From: Endomicrobiales bacterium
Lineage (GTDB): Bacteria > Elusimicrobiota > Endomicrobiia > Endomicrobiales > JAFGIL01
Length of the DNA stretch: 64,000 nucleotides
Assembly: GCA_016929635.1 (NCBI GenBank)
Contig: JAFGIL010000050.1
Coordinates: 22,067-86,066 of the forward strand
Direction: 5' to 3'
In this document: positions 29,120 through 38,689 of the stretch, piece after piece
Numbering within the stretch: position 1 is the first letter of the stretch
How the letters are laid out: the number at the start of each line of letters is the position of its first letter
Position numbers and translations under genes: made by a program
The notes under the pieces: model-generated
Told to the model about the DNA's origin: nothing
Databases searched by the model: none
Seen by the model: the letters and a program-made list of their open reading frames with translations, nothing else

Positions 29120-30493
29120 ATGATTAAAAGGTTTATAATACTATTTTTAATATCGTTATTATTCGGATTACTGAGCTTATATTCAGGATTTAACGTTCAA
29201 CAGGCATCTATCGTCTCCGTATTTCTTATGTCCATCTTAGGTACGCTTTTTTTCTGGCATTTCAGGATTAGCTTTGTTTTTATTGGGGTCGGGCTTTTAT
29301 TCTTAATCCATGCAATCGATATGGAAAGCTTCCTTAAATACTCGTCCCTGGATGTGATACTTTTTCTTGTAGGAATGATGATACTTGTTGCCATGATGAA
29401 GGAAGCGGGTTTTTTCACCTGGCTCATAACAATGATCCTTAGGGTGCAGAACCTTACGGGCCCAAAGTTCCTGTTTATAATAATGGCAGTGTCTTTTCTC
29501 TTGTCCGGAATTACAGGTGAAGTAAGTTCCATAATGATAATAGTCACTGTTATACTTGAGATTACATATTTTCTTGATGTAAATCCCGTACCTCTTATAA
29601 TATCTTCAATCCTTGCTACTAATATCGGTTCAGCTGCTACGGTAATGGGTAATCCCATAGGAATACTGATTGCCATCAGGGGGGACCTTACTTTTGAGGA
29701 TTTTATTACGTATGCAATGCCGATATCTATTGTGGTATTGATTTTTAGCAGTCTTGTTATTTTATTTATTTACAGAAAGTATCTTGCCGAAGTAACGGAA
29801 AAGATAAAGGAAAACGGTAATGAACCGGCATTTAGATATTTGATTTCGGTTCCGGCAGACAGAAAGACAAAAATATCAATCGCTGTTTTTGCCGTTACAG
29901 TACTTTTAATCAGCCTTCACAGGAGGTTCGAGATTCTCCTTAATCTCGATGAAAACGCGCTTTTAATAATGATACCCATTATATCCTCGGGATTCATAAT
30001 GATATACAGGCATGACAAAGCTCAGCAATATATAGAAAAAGAGGTGGAGTGGAACTCACTTTTGTTTTTCATGTTTCTTTTTGCCATGGCAGGGGTTGTG
30101 CAGGCAAGCGGACTGGCTGACGTTTTCATAAAGAAATCAATTTCATTAACTAATAACCACCCAAGGCTGCTTTTGGGAGTAATACTTATTTCAAGCAGTA
30201 TCCTTTCAAGCGTGCTTGATAACGTTGTAGTGGTTGCCTCATATGTACCCATTATTAAGAGCCTTGAGGTATATTATAAGAATCTTGAGTATTTATGGTG
30301 GGCTTTGCTTTTTGGTGCGTGTTACGGGGGAAATATTACCGTAATAGGATCCACGGCTAACATAATTGCACTTGGGCTTTTGGAAAAGAGGGCGAATATA
30401 AAGATAGGCTTAAGGGTGTGGCTTAAAGCCGGGATTTTAGTAGGGCTCATCAGTATAGCACTGGCTTATCTTATACTTATTCTAGAGTTTTAA
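29120..30493 (+). CDS. ArsB/NhaD/CitMHS-superfamily ion transporter (about 12 TM)
   Basis: Highly hydrophobic, 457 aa. It has internal duplication-like halves with NIGSAATVMGNPIG and GGNITVIGSTANI hairpin-type motifs. Confidence 0.6.
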   Translation: MIKRFIILFLISLLFGLLSLYSGFNVQQASIVSVFLMSILGTLFFWHFRISFVFIGVGLLFLIHAIDMESFLKYSSLDVILFLVGMMILVAMMKEAGFFTWLITMILRVQNLTGPKFLFIIMAVSFLLSGITGEVSSIMIIVTVILEITYFLDVNPVPLIISSILATNIGSAATVMGNPIGILIAIRGDLTFEDFITYAMPISIVVLIFSSLVILFIYRKYLAEVTEKIKENGNEPAFRYLISVPADRKTKISIAVFAVTVLLISLHRRFEILLNLDENALLIMIPIISSGFIMIYRHDKAQQYIEKEVEWNSLLFFMFLFAMAGVVQASGLADVFIKKSISLTNNHPRLLLGVILISSSILSSVLDNVVVVASYVPIIKSLEVYYKNLEYLWWALLFGACYGGNITVIGSTANIIALGLLEKRANIKIGLRVWLKAGILVGLISIALAYLILILEF

Positions 30494-30495
30494 TC

Positions 30496-31116
30496 TCACA
30501 TTTCTATGCCGGATATGATGTTTGTTATTCCTTTGCGGATCATCATGACCGCTATAGCAGCAAGCAGCAGCGCCATTACTTTGGATAGCGATTTCGAGCC
30601 GGTATCTCCCAACAATTTCCTTAAAATATTGGAAAAGTAAAAAATAATTCCTGCAAGCAGTATATTGATAAATACTGAAATTAGGGTTGCATAAAACCCG
30701 TATTCAGGTATTAGTATCAGTGATGTTGTAAGCACGGCCGGGCCCACTATTAAAGGAGTACCAAGCGGGACTGCTCCTAATTCTTTTGACGGCCGGCGCC
30801 TTATTTTATCAGAACTTATAATATCTATTATTGCAATACAGAAAAGCACTGCTCCTCCGCCGATCATGAAATCCCCTGTTGTAATACCGAGGAATCGTAA
30901 AATACTTTTTCCTAGAATGATGAATCCGACAGCTACGCATAAAGCTGTAGTCATTGACTGAATGATTACTTTTGACTTCTCATTTTTTTCCAAATCCTGG
31001 GTAAAAGAAACAAAAATAGGAAGTACTCCAATGGCGTCCACAGCTACAAACAGAGGGATAAAAGCTAAAAGTATATTTTTTATAAACATTCTATTTCTCA
31101 CTGATAAAATCTTCAA
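30496..31116 (-). CDS. MarC/UPF0056 family membrane protein
   Basis: 206 aa with six TM helices. N-terminus FIPLFVAVDAIGVLPIF is typical of MarC. Confidence 0.65.
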   Translation of the reverse strand: MKILSVRNRMFIKNILLAFIPLFVAVDAIGVLPIFVSFTQDLEKNEKSKVIIQSMTTALCVAVGFIILGKSILRFLGITTGDFMIGGGAVLFCIAIIDIISSDKIRRRPSKELGAVPLGTPLIVGPAVLTTSLILIPEYGFYATLISVFINILLAGIIFYFSNILRKLLGDTGSKSLSKVMALLLAAIAVMMIRKGITNIISGIEM

Positions 31117-31179
31117 AAGTTCATGAATTGCAGCTGTATTATAACAAAAAAAATTACTTTATACAATGCAAAATACAGA

Positions 31180-31208
31180 TTGACTAAACTATCAATATTA
31201 GATATACT
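31180..31208 (+). promoter_or_regulatory. sigma70-like promoter: TTGACT, 17-nt spacer, TATACT
   Basis: TTGACT at 31180-31185 and TATACT at 31203-31208, 33 nt upstream of the ATG at 31241. Confidence 0.55.
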
Positions 31209-31240
31209 CTTGCTTTCTAAAATAAACGAAAAAAGGCAAA

Positions 31241-32344
31241 ATGAGCTCTTCGCATAAGAAAATAATCATAGGGGTAGAGACAGAGGCATACAGTATAAAC
31301 CTTTCAGATTATGCTATAGGCAGGCGTTACTCTAAACACAGGCCGGGTACCCGTGAAATAGGGGAAAGGTTTTTGCGTGATAGTTCAATCGGAAGTGAGT
31401 ATAACAGCAAGCCTTTTACAACCGTAAGGGAAGCGTTTTTTCTGCTCAAATCAGGGTTCAGGAAATACCTGCACAGGGTATATCATAGCTCAAACTCCAA
31501 CAATAACCACCCTGTCCCTCTTCTTGTAGGCACATGGACCAACCATTTTGCAGGGACCCATCTTCATGTTTCGATTGCAAAGAAGAAGCTTACATACAAG
31601 GAAGCTTCATCTTTAGCATGGCACATACACGACCACATTCCTTTTCTTATAGCTGTTGCTGCCAACTCCCCTGTGTGGAGAAGAAAAATATCAAACAAGG
31701 CGTCAAACAGGATACTCTATGGAACGAAAAAGTATTTTACTCCGGTAAAAAAGGGCCGGCTTGAGATAAAAGACAAAGCAGAAGTGACCTATAACCACAG
31801 GAGGAAATCAAAACCACCCACGCTTGAGCTTCGGGTTTTTGATTCAAATATTCCTGAATATACCGTGGTGCTTTTATGTTTTATAAAGGCTATAAGTCTT
31901 AGATGGTTGAAAGGAAAATCTGCTATCAATAATATCACATATAAGGAATACATGCAGTCGCGCAATAATGCAGCGAATTTAGGTATGAAAGCCAAGCTGT
32001 GCTGGAATAATGAATGGATATCGGTTCGCAAATATCTTGACAGATTTTTGTGGGCATACAGGGATGAGTTTGATCTTATGGATATACCTGAGGATATTTA
32101 CGAAGTACTCCGATTAATTAAGCTTGGATATAACGGTTCGAAAGTCATTTATGATGCAGCTATATTTGCACAAAAGGAGTATCCGAAAGTGTGGGAAAAG
32201 GAGTTTGCGAGACTTTATGATAAAGCATTGGAAGAGCTGTTGAACGGAAATTCCATTCACAATTTTGCTAACTCCCTTAAACTAAAATTACCCGAAACAG
32301 AAAACGTATGGCTTGGAAGAAGAAGGGCCTCAATAGACGAATAA
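31241..32344 (+). CDS. carboxylate-amine ligase (glutamate-cysteine ligase family 2-like)
   Basis: IIIGVETEAY, GTHLHVSI and LELRVFDSN fit the GCS2 pattern. This is a motif-level call only. Confidence 0.5.
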   Translation: MSSSHKKIIIGVETEAYSINLSDYAIGRRYSKHRPGTREIGERFLRDSSIGSEYNSKPFTTVREAFFLLKSGFRKYLHRVYHSSNSNNNHPVPLLVGTWTNHFAGTHLHVSIAKKKLTYKEASSLAWHIHDHIPFLIAVAANSPVWRRKISNKASNRILYGTKKYFTPVKKGRLEIKDKAEVTYNHRRKSKPPTLELRVFDSNIPEYTVVLLCFIKAISLRWLKGKSAINNITYKEYMQSRNNAANLGMKAKLCWNNEWISVRKYLDRFLWAYRDEFDLMDIPEDIYEVLRLIKLGYNGSKVIYDAAIFAQKEYPKVWEKEFARLYDKALEELLNGNSIHNFANSLKLKLPETENVWLGRRRASIDE

Positions 32345-32409
32345 TAACCACAATTCATTTTTAAGTTTTATATGTATTATAAATAGGAAGGAAAAGATAG
32401 GTCCGCAGG

Positions 32410-33414
32410 TTATTTTATTTCAATCCAGGTGGTGTATACGAAGGTGCTTTTTCCCTGCAGTTTTTTCTCGATGTTTACGACCTGCCAGATATGTTTTGGA
32501 GCCAGCATTTTTTCCATATCACGCTTGTCTTTCAGCTGCGCCTGATTTATTTTATTTATTTTTATAAGATTATCCAGTTCCCTTTTTGTTAGGTTTTTTG
32601 CTCCGATTCCTTCCAGTTTGTATATCGGGTTTTGAGAAGCAAAAATATAAAAATACTCCCTGCCTTTTGTATTTTTCAGAATAAATAAATCTTTTGTATT
32701 AGGCACCCAGTTGTCCAGGGCCTGTTTAACGGGATTGCTGCTCGTGTAATAATCAGCATTTGGAAACCGCCTCAGTGCCTCGCCGGACGAATTGACTGAA
32801 TATATGTACAAATAACAGATATCGCTGGGTTTTGTATAAATTGCGAAGTGGTTTCCTAATTCTATTCCATCGCCTTCATTTATATGCAGCCTGTTTCCTT
32901 TTTCGTTTTCAAAATATAGAAGGAAATCAATTGATAGTTCTCTATTTTTGTCTTCCGTTATTCTTTTAAACTCTTCAATCGGGATTTTTAAAAGAACAGA
33001 TGCCTTGAATTTATCATTTTCTGATTTTATATACCAGTCGTCAGGAGACGTTTTTGTAAAGAACGCGTCTGCCCTCAGGGAGCTGCGTGTTTTTGCATCG
33101 CCTTTTGCGAATTCTATGCCGTCTTTTTTGGAATATATTTCTATACTTCTGTCAAAGGAATTAATATCAACCTTGCAGTGTTTTGCAAATACTTCTATAG
33201 CATTGCTGACTGCTTCGTTTTTTGCGTCATCCTTGGAAGTAAGCATGCCGGAATGCCCGACAGCGTATATATATTTATCTTTTGTGATTATTGATTTCTG
33301 AAGCCATTCTGGAGGTTCTTTAAGGGAATCGAATAAGACCCACGCTTCAGATTGACGGATAGTTATAAAAAATACCGAAACCGCAATTATTGCCGTAAGT
33401 ATGTATTTGTTCAT
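32410..33414 (-). CDS. secreted hypothetical protein
   Basis: Signal peptide MNKYILTAIIAVSVFFITIRQSEA. Last gene of a three-gene minus-strand operon. Confidence 0.5.
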   Translation of the reverse strand: MNKYILTAIIAVSVFFITIRQSEAWVLFDSLKEPPEWLQKSIITKDKYIYAVGHSGMLTSKDDAKNEAVSNAIEVFAKHCKVDINSFDRSIEIYSKKDGIEFAKGDAKTRSSLRADAFFTKTSPDDWYIKSENDKFKASVLLKIPIEEFKRITEDKNRELSIDFLLYFENEKGNRLHINEGDGIELGNHFAIYTKPSDICYLYIYSVNSSGEALRRFPNADYYTSSNPVKQALDNWVPNTKDLFILKNTKGREYFYIFASQNPIYKLEGIGAKNLTKRELDNLIKINKINQAQLKDKRDMEKMLAPKHIWQVVNIEKKLQGKSTFVYTTWIEIK

Positions 33415-33422
33415 TATTCCGT

Positions 33423-33716
33423 TTATGGCTTCTTTTTAAAAAGTTTTTGCCACTGTTCATACGCCTTGTCAGCTTCTCCGCTGCCCTTGGTCGGGGACGG
33501 GCTGTCTATGAACTGGAAATCTTCACAAAAATTTGCTTTCTCCTTGTCTATAATTGCTTCCACGTCGTTAACTTCACACTGGTTTGGTTTATGTATATTA
33601 TAGAACCTGCAGTTTAAACAGACGTGCATATCCGAGTTACACTTGAGGCACGTTTCTCTTATGCCCGGCTGAGTCAAGCCTTCCCAGCTGTTATGGCACT
33701 TATGGCAGTATTTCAT
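33423..33716 (-). CDS. small Cys-rich zinc-ribbon protein
   Basis: Three CxxC pairs (CHKC, CLKC, CLNC) plus two further Cys in 97 aa. Confidence 0.5.
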   Translation of the reverse strand: MKYCHKCHNSWEGLTQPGIRETCLKCNSDMHVCLNCRFYNIHKPNQCEVNDVEAIIDKEKANFCEDFQFIDSPSPTKGSGEADKAYEQWQKLFKKKP

Positions 33717-33784
33717 ATTTTTCTAATTCCTATTCTTATGCATGCCATGTTTACGTCAGGTAAAAAGTTATATGTCAACTTTTT

Positions 33785-34504
33785 CTATTTCATGTAAATA
33801 TTGAAAATATCTTTCATGTGGGCGATCATTTCGTCATCGATAAGGGCAAGCGAGATATGTTTTGCAAAGCAGTCCAGCTCCAGAAGCACGTTTATCTTCA
33901 TATTCTTGATTTCCGGGCTGGAGAATCTGTGGCTCAGGGTTTTATTTACAATCTGGATTTCCCTGTAAAGGTTTTTAAGTTTTTCCAGCTCCCAGTCCGG
34001 GGTGCCGCCGGTTCTTGTTATAAGGTATTGCGCCATTAAATACATCGTGATTACGCGGTATTTTACTTCGCTGATGGAAGAAAACGGGAGGTGATAGTAT
34101 GTCATAGGTTTGAGCATGTCGAGTATGGGGCATCCTGAGGTTGCCATGTACAAACCGACGATCGAGCTGACGCCTTCTTCAATAGTTGTTTTTTTAGAGT
34201 AGTTTCTTAAGGGGCTTGTTATTTCTATTTCAACTTTAGTATCGGATGTTATGTCTTTAAACAAATCGATAACTTCGACCATGTTTTTTGCTATGGGGCA
34301 ATACTTAACGGTCTTTGTATCTAGCGTGCAGTTTGAACATTGCCGGTATTTCAGTTCCGCCCAGGAGGGATATTTATCTTTTTCCCTGATGACTAAGTTA
34401 AGGGATTTCTGTTCGAGGGCAATCGGGCAGTTTATAACCTTGCCTTCGGGCAATTTAAATTTATATTCATAATTGATTGTTTTTATTGTTTGACTTTTAT
34501 CCAT
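33785..34504 (-). CDS. hypothetical protein with conserved-looking Cys motifs
   Basis: 239 aa with NCPIAL, QCSNCT..KYCPIA and SGCPILD. No family recognised. Confidence 0.5.
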   Translation of the reverse strand: MDKSQTIKTINYEYKFKLPEGKVINCPIALEQKSLNLVIREKDKYPSWAELKYRQCSNCTLDTKTVKYCPIAKNMVEVIDLFKDITSDTKVEIEITSPLRNYSKKTTIEEGVSSIVGLYMATSGCPILDMLKPMTYYHLPFSSISEVKYRVITMYLMAQYLITRTGGTPDWELEKLKNLYREIQIVNKTLSHRFSSPEIKNMKINVLLELDCFAKHISLALIDDEMIAHMKDIFNIYMK

Positions 34505-34630
34505 TTTATCAATCCTTTTTGTTCTTTTATTGATTAATTTTACATATTTTCTATTGGAATTGCAACATCTTTGCCGGTAATTCTTGTTTTTTACCGATTA
34601 ATGTTGTATAATTATTCTTCGATTTAGAAG

Positions 34631-34703
34631 GGGCCGGTAGTTCAGTTGGGAGAACGCTTCGTTCGCAACGAAGAGGTCGCCGGTTCGAATCCGGTCCGGT
34701 CCA
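34631..34703 (+). tRNA. tRNA-Ala (anticodon CGC), CCA not encoded
   Basis: Acceptor GGGCCGG/CCGGTCC with the G3:U70 alanine identity pair. Anticodon loop TTCGCAA, T loop TTCGAAT, discriminator A. Confidence 0.9.
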
Positions 34704-34736
34704 TAATTCGTATTTCGTCCGATGAAAAAGGCTTTC

Positions 34737-34813
34737 GTAGGGGTGGGCTTGCCCACCCGATTAATTTGTTTTAGATCGAGTATTTTTTAATGGGCGGATA
34801 AATCCGCCCCTAC
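34737..34813. repeat. pair of inverted REP-like elements (GTAG + GC-rich hairpin)
   Basis: GTAGGGGTGGGCTTGCCCACCC (34737-34758) faces the reverse complement of GTAGGGGCGGATTTATCCGCCC (34792-34813). Confidence 0.6.
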
Positions 34814-34877
34814 GACCAAATAATAAAAGTTTTTAAGCAATCTTCAGTGGTTGACGAGATACGAGATACGAGGATTT

Positions 34878-36539
34878 ATGTCATACGTTGTATTAGCTAG
34901 GCGTTTCCGCCCGCAAAATTTTGACGATATAATCGGACAGAGCCACGTTTCCAAAACTTTAAAGAATGCCATTCTGGAAAACCGCGTTGCCCATGCGTAT
35001 TTATTCAGCGGGCCGCGTGGTGTAGGTAAAACCACAACAGCACGCATACTTGCAAAAGCATTGAACTGCAAGCAGGGGCCCACGGCAAAGCCGTGCGATA
35101 AATGCCCCAACTGCCAGGAAATAATAAACGGTTCAAGCGTTGACGTGCTGGAGATAGACGGCGCTTCAAACAGGGGCATTGATGAGATACGCGCTTTAAG
35201 AGAGAACGTAAAGTTTGCACCCGCTTCCGGCAAATACAAAGTATATATAATAGACGAAGCACACCAGATAACGGACGCGGCTTTCAACGCACTGCTTAAA
35301 ACCCTGGAAGAGCCGCCTTCACACGTGATTTTTATTTTGGCAACAACAGATCCCCAGAAAATTCCGATTACTATCCTGTCGCGCTGCCAGAGATACCGCT
35401 TCAGGCTGCTTTCATCAAAAGAGATAATGACAACTCTTGAAAAAATATCAAAAACGGAAAAATTTGAAATTGACCACGAAGCATTGCAGATAATTACCGA
35501 AACGTCCGGAGGGTCTCTCAGAGACGCCTTAAGCCTTCTGGATCAGCTGGCTTCCTTTGTTTCTGGACATATAAAAATCCAGGACATCCAGAGCCTTCTG
35601 GGCTTTTTGCCGAAAGAAATCATTTATAACGCGACTAAGTCGTTTGCTGAGCACGACTCAGCCAGAATAATTTCCCTGATTAAGGAAATTGCTGAAGAAG
35701 GCTACAGCCTGATGCAGTTTGCAAGGGATTTAAGGGAGCATTTCAGGCGCATTCTTTTAAATAAAATCAGTCCGTCTGTCCTGGAGCTGTCCACCGAAGA
35801 AAAGAGGATGCTGGAAGAACAGAAGTCGGTGTTTCCTGAAGCGTGGCTGATACGCTCGGGCAATCTTCTTTCAAAAATGATTGATGAGATGCGCTGGAGC
35901 GACCAGCCGAGGCTGATATTGGAACTCTATCTCTTGAGGCTCGCGCAGCCTTACGTTGGTTTGGACGAGTTGGTTGACAGGCTGGAAAAACTTGGGGAAA
36001 ATGTCCCTGTCGATGCCATCCCCGATGAAACCTCCCGAACCAGGGACCCAGAAAAAAAAATTCCTGAAAAAATAAAAGCTGTTGAGAAAGAGGAAAAAAT
36101 TGAAAGCAGCGGTGCTCTGCATCAGTTTGCCGATACCTGGGAGCAGGTTCTTGCTGAACTCAGGCGTACGAATCCTCTTGCGGGCAATTTACTGGAAGAC
36201 ACTTTTGTGCATGAAGTTGTAAACGGGAGCATGGTTCTTTGCGTAAAGAACGAACTGCAGCAGGAAACGGTTAAGCGAAACCAGGGATCAATTGAAAAAG
36301 TAATAAATAATAAGTCCGGGAAAGATTTAAGGTTAAAAACCATAATAAAAAAGGGAATTCCGCAGGTCTCTTCCGGGAACGATGAAACCGAAATAGTCAT
36401 TAAAGAAGAAAACACGGTACAGCAGAACCAGGAGGTATTCCGGATAGAAGGCAATATCTCCAATACGGATGAGGTTTTGCCGCCGGATATAAAAAAAATT
36501 GCGGATAAGTTCCAGGGTAAAGTTACAAGAAAGAGATGA
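34878..36539 (+). CDS. dnaX: DNA polymerase III subunit gamma/tau
   Basis: Start moved to the ATG at 34878. YVVLARRFRPQNFDDIIGQ, Walker A GPRGVGKTT, Zn module CDKCPNC, Walker B YIIDEAH, SRC motif ILSRCQ. Confidence 0.9.
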   Translation: MSYVVLARRFRPQNFDDIIGQSHVSKTLKNAILENRVAHAYLFSGPRGVGKTTTARILAKALNCKQGPTAKPCDKCPNCQEIINGSSVDVLEIDGASNRGIDEIRALRENVKFAPASGKYKVYIIDEAHQITDAAFNALLKTLEEPPSHVIFILATTDPQKIPITILSRCQRYRFRLLSSKEIMTTLEKISKTEKFEIDHEALQIITETSGGSLRDALSLLDQLASFVSGHIKIQDIQSLLGFLPKEIIYNATKSFAEHDSARIISLIKEIAEEGYSLMQFARDLREHFRRILLNKISPSVLELSTEEKRMLEEQKSVFPEAWLIRSGNLLSKMIDEMRWSDQPRLILELYLLRLAQPYVGLDELVDRLEKLGENVPVDAIPDETSRTRDPEKKIPEKIKAVEKEEKIESSGALHQFADTWEQVLAELRRTNPLAGNLLEDTFVHEVVNGSMVLCVKNELQQETVKRNQGSIEKVINNKSGKDLRLKTIIKKGIPQVSSGNDETEIVIKEENTVQQNQEVFRIEGNISNTDEVLPPDIKKIADKFQGKVTRKR

Positions 36540-36611
36540 ACCCAGCCCTTCCTGAGAACAGACAGAACAAATCCGATGAATCCAATAAAATACGGCGCAG
36601 GAGACACTTAG

Positions 36612-37208
36612 GTGAAAAGGCCTAATCCAATAGAAAGAATGATAAACTCTTTTAAGCAGCTTCCGAGTGTCGGCCCGAAGATGGCTGAGCGCCTCAGCTA
36701 TTTTATCTTAAAAGCTCACGGTTCCTTTGTTGATGAGCTGATAGATTCGATTAAAAACGCGCGCAAGCAGATTCATGTCTGCAGCAGGTGTTATAACTTA
36801 ACCGAAGTGGACCCGTGTTCAATATGCAGCGATGAGAAGCGGGAAAAGTCTTTGTTGTGCGTAGTTGAGACACCTCAAGATCTTTTATCAATAAGCAACG
36901 TGAAAAACTATAACGGGCTTTATTTTGTTTTAGGGGGAGCACTTTCGCCCCTTGATGGCATAGGCCCCGACGATTTAAGGGTAAGGGAGTTGATTAATCG
37001 TATAAAAAATGATAGAATTGGCGAGGTTATTATTGCTACGGATGCGGACTCAAAGGGTGAAACTACAGCGTTATTCCTTTCTGAACAGATTAAACCATTA
37101 AATGTTAGAGTAACCCGCCTTGGTTACGGGCTGCCTGTCGGAGGAGACCTTGAGTATGCTGACGAGGTGACCTTAACCCGTGCAATTGAAAGCCGCAAAG
37201 AGATGTAA
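36612..37208 (+). CDS. recR: recombination protein RecR
   Basis: LPSVGPKMAERL helix-hairpin-helix, C4 finger CSRCYNLTEVDPCSIC, and Toprim VVETPQDL...ATDADSKGE. Confidence 0.9.
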   Translation: MKRPNPIERMINSFKQLPSVGPKMAERLSYFILKAHGSFVDELIDSIKNARKQIHVCSRCYNLTEVDPCSICSDEKREKSLLCVVETPQDLLSISNVKNYNGLYFVLGGALSPLDGIGPDDLRVRELINRIKNDRIGEVIIATDADSKGETTALFLSEQIKPLNVRVTRLGYGLPVGGDLEYADEVTLTRAIESRKEM

Positions 37209-37230
37209 TAAACAGGAAAAAGGGGAAAAA

Positions 37231-37824
37231 ATGAAAAAAATTCTTGGTGCTGTTTTGGTTTTGTTTCTTTGCAGTAATGTTTATGCCGATTATTTCGTGC
37301 CGAAATTATGCCTTGATTTTAACGGGAATTTTGATACGGAAGTATTTGGAATAACAGTTAATTCAGATGCTTCCAGCGGTATGGGATTGGGTTTAGAGTT
37401 ACTTAGCGGCACAAAAGAAGATGTTATGTTCGGGGCCGGATTTGAATACCAGGTCATGAGAAAGATAACATCGATAGCCGGCGTGGATGTCAGCGACCAG
37501 GATATGAAGTTCGGGTTTCTCCCTTTTTACGGTACTCTAAGGTTCAATGTTAATACGCAGAAGAATGATCTAACACCGTTTTTCAGGTTTAATCTTGGCT
37601 ATAATGCTTTTTCTGCAAACAGTGCATTTAAAGGGGGGTCTTCATTAACAGGTGGATTGTACTATGCCTTAGGCGGCGGCGTAACGTTTAAAAATAATGT
37701 CAACCTTGAATTGCTGTACTCCGTTTGTAACGGAAAAGAGAAAGCCTATGGGATCACTGCTGATGAAAAGTATTCAAAGCTTGGAGTAACGATAGGCGTA
37801 CTTATTGATATTGATAAAAAGTAG
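37231..37824 (+). CDS. small outer-membrane beta-barrel protein
   Basis: Start moved to the ATG at 37231 (MKKILGAVLVLFLCSNVYA). Alternating beta-strand pattern with Gly/aromatic-rich segments. Confidence 0.5.
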   Translation: MKKILGAVLVLFLCSNVYADYFVPKLCLDFNGNFDTEVFGITVNSDASSGMGLGLELLSGTKEDVMFGAGFEYQVMRKITSIAGVDVSDQDMKFGFLPFYGTLRFNVNTQKNDLTPFFRFNLGYNAFSANSAFKGGSSLTGGLYYALGGGVTFKNNVNLELLYSVCNGKEKAYGITADEKYSKLGVTIGVLIDIDKK

Positions 37825-37850
37825 CAGCAATATATAAATGTAAATGAATC

Positions 37851-37930
37851 GCAGATAATCACTGATGTAAGTCACAGATTTCCACTGATTTTATCTGTGG
37901 TTATCTGCTTAAAATTTGTGATAATCTGTG
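37851..37930. repeat. imperfect inverted repeats upstream of porG
   Basis: GCAGATAATCAC (37851-62) pairs with GTGGTTATCTGC (37897-908). CACAGAT (37873-79) pairs with ATCTGTG (37893-99). A third copy is GTGATAATCTGTG. Confidence 0.5.
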
Positions 37931-37947
37931 TATACAAGGAGATATCA

Positions 37948-38556
37948 ATGGCTAATGACAGAATGATTGAGATACGTTGGCACGGAAGAGGAGGGCAGGG
38001 GGCAAAAACAGCTGCTCTTCTGTTTGCAGAGGCTGTTCTTTCCACAGGTAAGTATGTTCAGGCTTTTCCAGAATACGGCCCGGAGCGAATGGGCGCGCCT
38101 GTGCAGTCGTTTAACAGAATCAGTGAACAGCCGATAACTCTGCACTGCGCGATAACGGAACCCAGCTTTGTGGTTGTACTTGACCCTACACTAATGGATA
38201 GCGTTCCTGTAGTCGAGGGGCTTCGTAAGGACGGGAAGGTAATTGTAAATACGCAGTTTTCTGCAAAAGAAATAGCTGCTAAACTAAAAGTTTCCTCGGA
38301 TAAAGTTTTTGTCGTAAATGCTTCCAAAATTGCAATGGATACCATAGGCCTTAATATTCCCAATACCCCGATGCTTGGTGCATTGGTAAAAGTTATAGGG
38401 GACCTGGATATAGAGGGTGTTTTGAAAGATACACGTCATAAGCTTGAGCAGAAGTTCAGGCATAAACCCCAGGTTATTGACGGTAATCTGGAATCAATCA
38501 AGCGCGCATATAATGAAGTACAAAGCGAACAGGCTGTTGCAGCTAAAAATGCATAA
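37948..38556 (+). CDS. porG: 2-oxoacid (pyruvate):ferredoxin oxidoreductase, gamma subunit
   Basis: Start moved to the ATG at 37948, after AAGGAG. IRWHGRGGQGAKTAA..LA.A and PEYGPERMGAP are gamma-subunit hallmarks. Confidence 0.85.
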   Translation: MANDRMIEIRWHGRGGQGAKTAALLFAEAVLSTGKYVQAFPEYGPERMGAPVQSFNRISEQPITLHCAITEPSFVVVLDPTLMDSVPVVEGLRKDGKVIVNTQFSAKEIAAKLKVSSDKVFVVNASKIAMDTIGLNIPNTPMLGALVKVIGDLDIEGVLKDTRHKLEQKFRHKPQVIDGNLESIKRAYNEVQSEQAVAAKNA

Positions 38557-38571
38557 TTACACATGTTTTTT

Positions 38572-38657
38572 GTAGTGTAGGGGCTTGTCCCCGTAAAATA
38601 GATAGTTTATTATGTTAAAGTATAATATTTTTTACGGCCACAAGGGCCTACACTACA
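38572..38657. repeat. inverted REP-like pair in the porG-porD spacer
   Basis: GTAGTGTAGGGGCTTGTCCCCGTAAAA ... TTTTACGGCCACAAGGGCCTACACTAC. Each arm is GTAG plus a small hairpin, and the stem bases differ between arms in a compensatory way (GGGC/CCCC vs GCCC/GGCC). Confidence 0.55.
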
Positions 38658-38689
38658 AAATATTTGAGTTAAAATGGAGGAAAAAGATA

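Noticed and set aside
34844-36607. Minus-strand ORFs overlapping dnaX; search for a ybaB-like gene between dnaX and recR
   Set aside because: The ORFs are antisense to dnaX. The 72-nt dnaX-recR gap is too short for ybaB, which is simply absent from this locus.
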